Shown here piece after piece: positions 24,334-31,863 of a DNA stretch of 39,972 nt. Origin of the DNA: a virus. Lineage: Duplodnaviria; Caudoviricetes. Made by a program: the position numbers and the translations under genes. The notes below the pieces were generated by a model. That model worked only from the letters and a program-made list of their open reading frames with translations. It was not told where the DNA came from and made no database searches. The DNA lies in IMG/VR virus record IMGVR_UViG_3300033402_000778, positions 1 through 39,972 of that record; one strand, written 5' to 3'. Positions within the stretch are counted from its first letter, which is position 1, and each line of letters begins with the position of its first letter.

Positions 24334-26616
24334 TTATTGGTCGCCTTCCGTGGCGGCGTCGATTTCCTCTTGGGTCATGACCTCGGCGGTTTCCGTGCAC
24401 CTGTCGTTTGGGTGGATACCTTCGCCGGGGAAGTCCTCACCGTCAAAGCACTCATCGAGCCCCACGACAGTTCCGTTGAGGACGGCGCATTCTGGGCAGC
24501 AGTTCGCGTCCGCAATCCATCGTCTACCCTTCACGACGCCGCTTTCCGTCCACCCTTGGATGTTCCCTACACGGTCAGCAATGTTGACCTCGGTTCGGGC
24601 AATCATGTCCACGCGATAGTCACTAAAGCCGGTGTAGTCCTGAATCGACTCGGCCAGTTCGTCGCTGGTGACACCTGTCTTGAGCGCCGCATCGACTAAC
24701 TCATTCAGGCCGGCGCGGGTGGTCTCATTGATCTGTGTCACCAGATCGGCGGCGTGATCCTTCGCCCAGGCGATGGCCTTCTCGTTGGCTTGAGACAGCA
24801 TCGAATCAAGCGCGGTGTCGAACTCTTCCCCGGTTGGGCTGCTGAAAAGGTGAGCGACTTGGTCCAGGCCTTCGCTGGCGCCGTCGAGCGCCATAGCCTC
24901 AAGAACATCATCGATGTCGCCTTCGAGCTTCGACAGCGCGGCGAGATTGATGATGTTCTTGAACGGGTCGCTGTTGGTGGCCTTGGCAACCTTGCCCAGC
25001 ACATCGGCGGCAATCTTGACGGCCGCTTTCTTCTGTGCGGCGAACGACTTCCGCATGATGCCGGTGAGCGCCTTGCGGGCCTTGACTACGGCTGGACGCT
25101 CACGGTCAATGGGCGTCAGGGTATCCGAACGCTTTTTTTTTTGAACCGCGCCAGTCTTGGCCGCGGGCGCTTTCTTGCCGGGTTTGATTGCCGGGGGTGG
25201 CTGGGAGGCCGACTCGTCAACCGCCCCCGGTTTGCCGCCGGGTTGGTTTGCTCCCGGCAACGTCGGTGCTACAGGTGGAGGCGGGGAGAGCTCGTCTTTC
25301 TGCTCATCCGACAGCGGATCCATCCCATAGCCCATATCGCGCACTTCGTCAGGCGTCATCCACGGCTTTGAGCCGCCGCCCCCGAGTGCGATCTGATAGA
25401 CCTGCGCTTTGATGAGCGGGTCTGTAATCTCTTCGTCCTGCCATGCGAACTGCAGATCACCCATGCCGTAGCAGCGGCGAAGAATCGCGTCCATCAGGCT
25501 CTTGAACCACAGTTTGCGCGGCTCGATGCCTTCCTCTTGGGCCGTTTCCTTGGCCGTCTGAGCGGTTGCCCGGTTCTGTTGCTTCACCAGCGCCTGGGGC
25601 GAGACAGAGAAACACCAGCAGATGATGCGCGCCAGCCACTCGTCAATCGGGTCATTCAGGCTCGGCTCTTTGGTGGCCTGATACTTCGTGCCACTCGGAA
25701 CCCAGCGCCCATGACGACGTGTAGCCGTCTGGCCGGTCATGACGATGTCCCACGAGGTCTGGAAGTCGAGCACCTGGTCGGGGTTCATTCCCGGCGGCGC
25801 TTCGAGCAGTGCATCGGGAATCGTGCCGTCGGTGTAGAACTCCGTCTGGTGGAGCAGCCGGCGAAGTGACAGGTTGACGATGTTGATGACCTGCTCAACC
25901 GGGCTCATGCCATAGATGCGATTCGGGCGAAGGTTGTAAGCCCTGACGATCATCTCGTCTACGGTGTACTCGACAGCCGCCATACCCTTGAGGGCTTGCC
26001 CGTAGGCTGGTAGCGGTGGCAGAGGGACGCGCCCACGGTCAGAGACGATGCGCTTGAGGGTGCCACCGTCAACGATCTCAGGCAGGAAAAGGCCCTTGGT
26101 AGTGGGACGCAAGTAGATGGCGGGCTGGTCGATGACGTAATGGTCCTCAAAGATCAGCCGTTGCCACGACAGGAAGTCATTCACGCCGTCAGGCTCGGCC
26201 AGCAGGTCCATGGCGCGCTTTGCCTTGTCGCCGCCGTCCTTGCCGTCGCGGCCCATGATCTGCCACTTCTGACCGGCCATCTTGTCTTTGCAGGTCTCGA
26301 CAGCAAGCCGGATGAGGTCTAAGCCGCCCTGGGCAGGGTCAGCCATGCGCCGCAAGGTGGGGAAGTCAATGTTCCGCTCCCCAGCTTCGCCACGAGGCCG
26401 CGGGCTGGTGTTGACGGCAAACGGGTAATCGAACTGGCGACCGCGCACCGACTCAGGAGCTTGCGGCTCCATCGGTTGGCCCGGTGAAAACCAGCCGTTG
26501 TCAAGCTGTTGCCGGGTCTGGCCTGTTGCGGCGGCCAGCATGTCGAGTTCGATGGGGAGCAACTTCGCGCCCGCGCCGATAGCGCCGTGGGACAAGGGAG
26601 CAGCTTTAGGAGGCAT
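24334..26616 (-). CDS. Portal protein fused to a phage Mu F (SPP1 gp7-like) minor head domain (760 aa)
   Basis: Portal motifs YGMSPVEQ, FYTDGTIP, ICWCFSVSP, MTPDEVR...GMDPL; Pro-rich linker; MuF motifs RVDMIARTE...W...CCPEC..LNG...HPNDRC. Confidence 0.88.
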   Translation of the reverse strand: MPPKAAPLSHGAIGAGAKLLPIELDMLAAATGQTRQQLDNGWFSPGQPMEPQAPESVRGRQFDYPFAVNTSPRPRGEAGERNIDFPTLRRMADPAQGGLDLIRLAVETCKDKMAGQKWQIMGRDGKDGGDKAKRAMDLLAEPDGVNDFLSWQRLIFEDHYVIDQPAIYLRPTTKGLFLPEIVDGGTLKRIVSDRGRVPLPPLPAYGQALKGMAAVEYTVDEMIVRAYNLRPNRIYGMSPVEQVINIVNLSLRRLLHQTEFYTDGTIPDALLEAPPGMNPDQVLDFQTSWDIVMTGQTATRRHGRWVPSGTKYQATKEPSLNDPIDEWLARIICWCFSVSPQALVKQQNRATAQTAKETAQEEGIEPRKLWFKSLMDAILRRCYGMGDLQFAWQDEEITDPLIKAQVYQIALGGGGSKPWMTPDEVRDMGYGMDPLSDEQKDELSPPPPVAPTLPGANQPGGKPGAVDESASQPPPAIKPGKKAPAAKTGAVQKKKRSDTLTPIDRERPAVVKARKALTGIMRKSFAAQKKAAVKIAADVLGKVAKATNSDPFKNIINLAALSKLEGDIDDVLEAMALDGASEGLDQVAHLFSSPTGEEFDTALDSMLSQANEKAIAWAKDHAADLVTQINETTRAGLNELVDAALKTGVTSDELAESIQDYTGFSDYRVDMIARTEVNIADRVGNIQGWTESGVVKGRRWIADANCCPECAVLNGTVVGLDECFDGEDFPGEGIHPNDRCTETAEVMTQEEIDAATEGDQ

Positions 26617-26779
26617 TGGCCGTACCTTCATGTGGTAGGAATGTCCTCGCCAGCCGCTCCCAAGCTTGTTGCCGGGAAACGGGGAAGAGGTACTCTTTGC
26701 CGAGTTCAGCCGCGTAGCGATCCAGACGCCGGGCGATGTCCTTGGGAATGTCTAGCTCTGGTTGTGTCTTTTCTGCCAC
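26606..26779 (-). CDS. Small RHH-like DNA-binding protein (57 aa; not in the ORF track)
   Basis: GAGG SD then GTG; MAEKTQPELDIPKDIARRLDRYAAELGKEYLFPVSRQQAWERLARTFLPHEGTANAS has a strand-helix-helix pattern; it fills the terL-portal gap and overlaps the portal start. Confidence 0.65.
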   Translation of the reverse strand: MAEKTQPELDIPKDIARRLDRYAAELGKEYLFPVSRQQAWERLARTFLPHEGTANAS

Positions 26780-26780
26780 A
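26763..26780. promoter_or_regulatory. Palindromic operator over the RHH-like start codon
   Basis: TGTGTC-TTTTCT-GCCACA, the same consensus as 13952-13969 and 23672-23689. Confidence 0.6.
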
Positions 26781-26803
26781 GACTGTACCTCATCTGCAAC
26801 AGT

Positions 26804-28369
26804 TTAGCCCGTTTTTCCCTCTGCAACCATCTTCGCTGCGAGTTGAGTGTAATAATCTACGACCCCCTGACCCTCAAAACCGTGATGCAGGTAGTTCAGA
26901 GCCTGGGTGAAAGCGTCCACGTCGTCGTCATGGGCCATCTTCGGGAAGCCATACATGTTGTCCAGGAAGTCGGCAACCCACGGCAAAGACGGGTCAACGA
27001 AGACGTTGCCAGCCTCCCAAGTGGGCACGACGGCATGAGCGCGGCTCACCTTGTCGGTGTCAACCTTGATCGGGACGATAGGGATTGAGGACTCGAGCCG
27101 TAGCTCTTGCAAGAGACTCTGACCGCTGGCCTTGTCTTCGATCAGGAATGCTTGCGGGCGCCACTGGGCATTCAGCGCCTTCACGCGCAGTTTGAGTTCG
27201 GGATACCCAGCCTTGTCTTTCCAGCGGTCCAGCAGGTCATAGCCCTCAGCGCGTTCGCCCACGGCCAGCACAACGCTGAAGTCGTTCTCTTCCTTCTCTT
27301 TGAACGCCGTGTCGCCCGACAGGATGATGCGCTTGTACTTCCAGACCGGCTGGCCCTTGTTGTCGCGCTCTGCCATCTTGCGCTGTGTCTCAGCCAGGAC
27401 GAACGTCCGCACGAAGCCCTTCAGGAAGATCAGGCCCGCGGCTGGTGTCGGGCGCTGCTGGTGCTGACCGGCATAACCGGCAGAGCCGAGACGGCGCTTT
27501 TCTGACTCCAGAACCTTCAACGGGAAACGGGCCGGGAAGAATAGCTCACCCTCAACCGTGCGCGGGTCAATCCAACCGAGCGAAGTTGGCCGGCAGTCTA
27601 GGTCTGTGGGCTTGGGGTGCTCGTACTCCTCGCGGATGATGAGGACTTCCCACTCTTCCGCGTCCGTGGCCAGGATGTGGCCGGTCAAGTCCTCTTCGTG
27701 CAACCGCTGCTGAATGATGCAGCGAACGCCTGTAGACATGTTGGCTAGGCGGTTCGCGGCGGCGTTGTCCCACCAGTTGATGATGGCGTCACGGGCTGGC
27801 TTCGAGTAGGCCTCAGCCGCATCGTTCGGGTCATCGACGATGATGGCGTGTGACCGTGAGCCGGTGATCTTGCTCCCGGCCGAGATTGCGCGCCGAAAGC
27901 CGGTGTTGCTGTTCTTGTAGTGGCCTTTGGCGTTCTGGTCGCGGGTGAATGACCACTTGGGCGCAAACGCCCGCCGATACCAAGCTGAATCGAGGATGTC
28001 CCGGCACTTGATGCTGTCGCGGATGGCAACCTCACCGTTGCCGGATGCGAACACCCCGCGCCATGCCGGGCCCAGGTCATGGCCTTCGCCCGGGTTCTGT
28101 AGCCAGATCCACGGCGGAAGGCACACCGACAGGATTGTCGACTTCATGGAGCCGGGCGGAACATTGATGATGAGGTTCCGCATGACGTGGCCGTCGCGAA
28201 CGAGCCGGCCTTCTACGAGGGCTTGAACGTGATCGCAGATAACGTCCAGGTGCCAATTCCAGACCAGCGGCGTCGAGGGTTCGATGATCGGCCATGCCTG
28301 CCGAACGAACTCTGACAGGCGACGGCGCGCCATCTCTGCTTTGACCGCCTCGTAGGGGATGAGGTCCAC
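26804..28369 (-). CDS. terL: Terminase large subunit (521 aa)
   Basis: INVPPGSMKS Walker A, IIVDDP Walker B, QQRLHEEDL, YAGQHQQRP, SGDTAFK, IEDKASG and HDDDVDA. Confidence 0.95.
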   Translation of the reverse strand: MDLIPYEAVKAEMARRRLSEFVRQAWPIIEPSTPLVWNWHLDVICDHVQALVEGRLVRDGHVMRNLIINVPPGSMKSTILSVCLPPWIWLQNPGEGHDLGPAWRGVFASGNGEVAIRDSIKCRDILDSAWYRRAFAPKWSFTRDQNAKGHYKNSNTGFRRAISAGSKITGSRSHAIIVDDPNDAAEAYSKPARDAIINWWDNAAANRLANMSTGVRCIIQQRLHEEDLTGHILATDAEEWEVLIIREEYEHPKPTDLDCRPTSLGWIDPRTVEGELFFPARFPLKVLESEKRRLGSAGYAGQHQQRPTPAAGLIFLKGFVRTFVLAETQRKMAERDNKGQPVWKYKRIILSGDTAFKEKEENDFSVVLAVGERAEGYDLLDRWKDKAGYPELKLRVKALNAQWRPQAFLIEDKASGQSLLQELRLESSIPIVPIKVDTDKVSRAHAVVPTWEAGNVFVDPSLPWVADFLDNMYGFPKMAHDDDVDAFTQALNYLHHGFEGQGVVDYYTQLAAKMVAEGKTG

Positions 28370-28372
28370 GCC

Positions 28373-28855
28373 CTAAACCTCGTCAAGCCTGGTAGTGGGT
28401 TGCGGCGCGCCAGCGGCGTAGATGGCATCTAGCGCGGCCAGTTGCTCGTCTGTGAGTTTGGATAGGTCAAGGGCTGGCGGCAATGCGTCACCGTCAGGCG
28501 TGGTCTGCGCTGTCTTGAGAGGCGCATCGAGGCCGAGCAACCGAGCCCGCCGCTCTTCTACCAGCACCAGTTTCTGAACGGCGTTCATGTCTTTCTTGGT
28601 GTTGATGCGAGAGATTGCAGCAGCAGCCGCGAGGTCCAGGCGCTCAAGCGAAAGCCGCCGAACCTCGTCAGCGGTTTCCTTCAAGGTCTTGTTTAACTCT
28701 GCGAGTCCAGCCAGCACCAGGCGGTGAACCTGCGACTTCGACAGGCCCATCTTCCGGCCGATCTCAAAGAAGCCGAGACCGTCACGACGGAGTTCGAGCG
28801 CCTGCTGAATCTTCATCGTCCGTGTGATCTTTGCGCCGCTGGCTTGCTGTGGCAT
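28373..28855 (-). CDS. terS: Terminase small subunit (HTH, ~160 aa)
   Basis: ALELRRDGLGFFEIGRKMG HTH, ERRARLLGLDAP and DLSKLTDEQL; directly upstream of terL. An alternative GTG start is at 28891. Confidence 0.85.
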   Translation of the reverse strand: MPQQASGAKITRTMKIQQALELRRDGLGFFEIGRKMGLSKSQVHRLVLAGLAELNKTLKETADEVRRLSLERLDLAAAAAISRINTKKDMNAVQKLVLVEERRARLLGLDAPLKTAQTTPDGDALPPALDLSKLTDEQLAALDAIYAAGAPQPTTRLDEV

Positions 28856-28988
28856 CTTCCCGCCCTCTTGTGGATTCCCCTTTTGTTCCACTTTAGAGGC
28901 TTTTCAGACGTGTTTCCGGGCCTCAACCGTCGCGAAACGGCAACTTTTGCGGGTTATACTTCAAGACGTTGCGTGAATTGGTTGTCGC

Positions 28989-29123
28989 GGCTTGACCCAG
29001 CCCTGCCCGCTCGGCATACTGAGCGCCCGCGAAAACGCGGCTAAGGCACAGGGAGACGACCCCGGCAGGGGTACGCATAGCGCAATAACCCGGATCATCC
29101 GAAAGCCGCGCTGTCTCTTTTTT
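28989..29123. ncRNA. Candidate multi-hairpin structured RNA upstream of terS
   Basis: At least six nested or adjacent stems in a gap with no credible ORF (see findings). Confidence 0.4.
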
Positions 29124-29138
29124 GGATCGATTGTGACG

Positions 29139-29170
29139 GGGAAACCGGCGTCCGATGAGTTGAACGCCGG
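29139..29170 (-). terminator. Terminator at the end of the early/replication unit
   Basis: Minus strand CCGGCGTTC-aactcatc-GGACGCCGG followed by TTTCCC. Confidence 0.6.
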
Positions 29171-29189
29171 GAAGATGCGTGTTTATGGG

Positions 29190-29612
29190 CTATGCGGGAA
29201 GATCGTCGAGAGAGAATACGATGCCCCGGCAGTAGTGCTCACCGTCTTCCATGACTTCAAACGTGGCGTGAGGTAAATGGGAAGCATAGGTCCACGAGTA
29301 ACCCGCTTCCTTGCACCATAAGGCGTCGATCTCTCGCGCTTTCGCATCTCTTTCAAGCCACTTCCGACACTCTTCGACTTCGTGCTCTACCTCTCCAAAA
29401 TCAGGGATGACGCCCTTACGGTCAAACCTTACTGCATCGCCGCCGTAGCATCCAGCCTCATCCGTTATCGCTCCCTCGAATTCCACCAGGTCATCGCTTC
29501 CGCCGTAGACGATCACAAGCCCAGAGGCTTTGGCTTGAGCGAGGATGTTGGTTTGAATTCGAACCGGGTACTCAATGCCGGTAAGCAGTTTTGCAAGCTC
29601 TTTCGCGTCCAT
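29190..29612 (-). CDS. Conserved-looking phage hypothetical protein (140 aa)
   Basis: SD AAGGAG; acidic; VYGGSDDLVEFEG...HATFEVMEDGE.YCRGIVF. Confidence 0.75.
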   Translation of the reverse strand: MDAKELAKLLTGIEYPVRIQTNILAQAKASGLVIVYGGSDDLVEFEGAITDEAGCYGGDAVRFDRKGVIPDFGEVEHEVEECRKWLERDAKAREIDALWCKEAGYSWTYASHLPHATFEVMEDGEHYCRGIVFSLDDLPA

Positions 29613-29649
29613 ATCGGTCTCCTTGCGCCCATCCGGGCCGGGTTTTCGG

Positions 29650-30546
29650 TCATTTCAGCCTCATGCTCGGCAGCTTGTCGAGCCAGATCAGGGGCGCGTC
29701 CTCGGTAAGCCGTGAGACCAGCGCGGCGCCGTAGATGCTGGTCAGGTCGATTTCGGGAAGGTTGGAGGTCCAGAGCGTCGGCAGTTCTTCGCGGTAGCGA
29801 TGGTTTACCAGGCGGTCAAGCTGCGATGCGGCGAAGTCGTCAACGTAAGCGCCCTTGATGCGCTCCCGGCCAAGATCGTCCAGCACCAGGAGGGGCGCGG
29901 TTTCTGCGCGTTCGAGCATCTGCTCGGCTATGCCGTCGATGGCATGGAGCCGGATGGCTGTCACGCTGTCGGGCCAACTCAGCCACACCGCCTGATGCTC
30001 GAATCTCACGTCAGCCCGTTTGCCATGCCGCCGCGTCTCTTCCACCAGCCGGACGGCGTAAGCCTTGCGGTAGGCCCGCTGGAATCCGCGCAGGATCGCC
30101 GCCAGCGCCATCGTTTTGCCTGAGCCGGTGTCAGCGCCCAACCCGAAGCCGGTTGCGGGCACGTTGCCGCCGCTGAGCGCCAGCAGGGTAGCCCGTGGCA
30201 TCGCACGCTTGATGGCCTCGGGCACCTTTTGCCAGTCGGCTTTGCACTCGCGAGAGGCGAGGCCGCAGACGTGGCGAAGATCCTCGGTGACCTGGGATTC
30301 AAGCTCGGTCTCGATGCGCTTGGCTTCCGTCTCGGCATACCGGATGGCTTGCGCGTCTTCCCAGCAGCCCCAGCAAAGGCCCTCAAACTCGGGCTCTGGT
30401 TCGCCCATCGAGGGCTTACTATTGCAGGACCGGCAAAGCGGCCTCGGGGTGTTCGGTGGCCTCACGCGCCCGCCGTTCATCACGGGCGGCAAGTTGATCG
30501 ATGTAGCGCTGGTCGGTAGCAGTTCGGTGATGCTGGACATTCCCAT
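29650..30546 (-). CDS. DnaC/IstB-like AAA+ helicase loader (start uncertain, 30465-30546)
   Basis: GADTGSGKT Walker A, LLVLDDLG Walker B, RY...PTLWTSNL, SRL; N-terminal CxxC...CxxC. Confidence 0.85.
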   Translation of the reverse strand: MGMSSITELLPTSATSINLPPVMNGGRVRPPNTPRPLCRSCNSKPSMGEPEPEFEGLCWGCWEDAQAIRYAETEAKRIETELESQVTEDLRHVCGLASRECKADWQKVPEAIKRAMPRATLLALSGGNVPATGFGLGADTGSGKTMALAAILRGFQRAYRKAYAVRLVEETRRHGKRADVRFEHQAVWLSWPDSVTAIRLHAIDGIAEQMLERAETAPLLVLDDLGRERIKGAYVDDFAASQLDRLVNHRYREELPTLWTSNLPEIDLTSIYGAALVSRLTEDAPLIWLDKLPSMRLK

Positions 30547-31381
30547 GGTTCATTGCTCCTGCACTCTGCGGTGCTTGCTGCGTTGCCTTCTCTGCCAGTT
30601 CGGTAGCCTTGCCGGCCTGCAACGCGAAGTCGATGGTTGCAACCCACTGCCGGTCGTTGTGTCCGGTGTACCAAGGCGTCTCGGCCAGGTAGGCACAGGC
30701 GGCGCGGAAGTCCGGCAGCCAGCCGGGCTCCTTGAGCCGGGTTTGAATCACCTTCTGGCGGTTGAGCGAGCTTTTGGCGTGGGGGAGCTTGCCCTGGGTG
30801 AGTTCATTCCAGATCGTGACCACTTCGGCAGATTTCACAGCGGCGGCAGTCGATGCAATCGACAAAGGCTCTTGTTCTTTCTCTGGCTCTGGTACAGGAC
30901 TCTGGCTCTGGACTCTGGTACAGGACTCTGGCTCTGGTAGTGGCATTTCGTGCGTTTCTGTGCGCATTTGTGCGCACGGCTCCTCATAACGTGCGCACGC
31001 TTTCTCCCTTTCCTTGAGCGAAAGGCGGCGCATCCGAGGCAATTCACCGTTGGCGTACCTCATGCCGTTGCGGGAGAGTTTGTTGTCGGTGGCGTCGTCG
31101 CTGTGGATGTGCCAGTCGTGGACAATGAGGCGGTGTTCTTCGTTCGGCTCAAGGAAGCCGGACTGCACCAGGGCGAGGACCATGGCTGATGCGTCACCGT
31201 CGTAAAACATCTCCATGGCTATGTCTTCGTCGGTCATCTTCCCGATAGCGCCCGTGGGGGCCTGTTCGCCCGTTACGTGCCAGAGAGATTCGACAATGCC
31301 GAGAGCGAAGCAAGCGGGGATGTGCATCAGGTTCCCCAGTCGCCGCGTCTTCCGGTGGGTAAGTGTTCCCCTCAGTGCCAT
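30419..31381 (-). CDS. Phage replication initiator (320 aa)
   Basis: wHTH-like N-terminus (HRKTRRL...LVQSGFLE...IVHDW), internal DNA repeats, C-terminal YTGHNDRQWVATIDF; upstream of the DnaC-like gene. Confidence 0.8.
   Translation of the reverse strand: MALRGTLTHRKTRRLGNLMHIPACFALGIVESLWHVTGEQAPTGAIGKMTDEDIAMEMFYDGDASAMVLALVQSGFLEPNEEHRLIVHDWHIHSDDATDNKLSRNGMRYANGELPRMRRLSLKEREKACARYEEPCAQMRTETHEMPLPEPESCTRVQSQSPVPEPEKEQEPLSIASTAAAVKSAEVVTIWNELTQGKLPHAKSSLNRQKVIQTRLKEPGWLPDFRAACAYLAETPWYTGHNDRQWVATIDFALQAGKATELAEKATQQAPQSAGAMNHGNVQHHRTATDQRYIDQLAARDERRAREATEHPEAALPVLQ
30881..30995. repeat. Iteron-like direct repeats (putative replication origin)
   Basis: CTCTGGCTCTGGTACAGGA / CTCTGGCTCTGGA / CTCTGGTACAGGA / CTCTGGCTCTGGTA, plus adjacent GTGCGCA repeats. 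Confidence 0.7.
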
Positions 31382-31863
31382 CAGCGTGCTCCTGTCAAGA
31401 GTTCCATCAGGTCATCCGGTGACCAGATAATTCCCACCAGCGCGCCGGCCTCGGCCATCGTGTCGAGAAAGGCAAGCTGCTCATCGGATGGTTTGCCCGG
31501 CGCGGCCTTTTGGATCAGCCGCCCTGTCTTGGGCGATCTGGTCAGCCACTCGGGCGCTTTGACTTCGATGTAGAGCGCCCTGCCGCCGGGAAGAGTGCCG
31601 AGGATGTCGGACAGCCCGGCAGAGCAAGCGCCCTGTGTGCCGCCCTTCATGATCGAGGCGGCGTTGCGGACTCCAGCGCTCTTGAGCATCCTGCAAGCCC
31701 TGCCGCGTAGCTTTGCGCCGCCGGCATCCACGGCCAGGGCTGGGATGCGATGCAGGTTGAGCGTGGCGAGTGCGTCCTTCTGGACGGTGGCCTCGGAGAC
31801 GCAGCCGAGGAGATAGGCGTCGTTGTAGCGGGCGCGGTCGAAGCTATCGCAGTAGAGCCTCAT
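31381..31863 (-). CDS. VRR-NUC-type PD-(D/E)xK nuclease (putative Holliday junction resolvase)
   Basis: GLSDILG...ALYIEVKAP...SDEQLAFL...AGALVGIIWS. Confidence 0.85.
   Translation of the reverse strand: MRLYCDSFDRARYNDAYLLGCVSEATVQKDALATLNLHRIPALAVDAGGAKLRGRACRMLKSAGVRNAASIMKGGTQGACSAGLSDILGTLPGGRALYIEVKAPEWLTRSPKTGRLIQKAAPGKPSDEQLAFLDTMAEAGALVGIIWSPDDLMELLTGAR

Noticed and set aside
28962-29098. 45-codon minus-strand ORF (MIRVIALCVPLPG...) upstream of terS
   Set aside because: It has no SD and atypical composition; RNA structure explains the region better.
29145-29175. Hammerhead ribozyme (CCGATGAG...GAA)
   Set aside because: The core deviates from CUGANGA and the flanking stems do not fit; it is a simple terminator hairpin.
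30881-30944. CRISPR-like mini-array
   Set aside because: The repeats are contiguous, lack unique spacers and lie inside a CDS; iterons explain them better.
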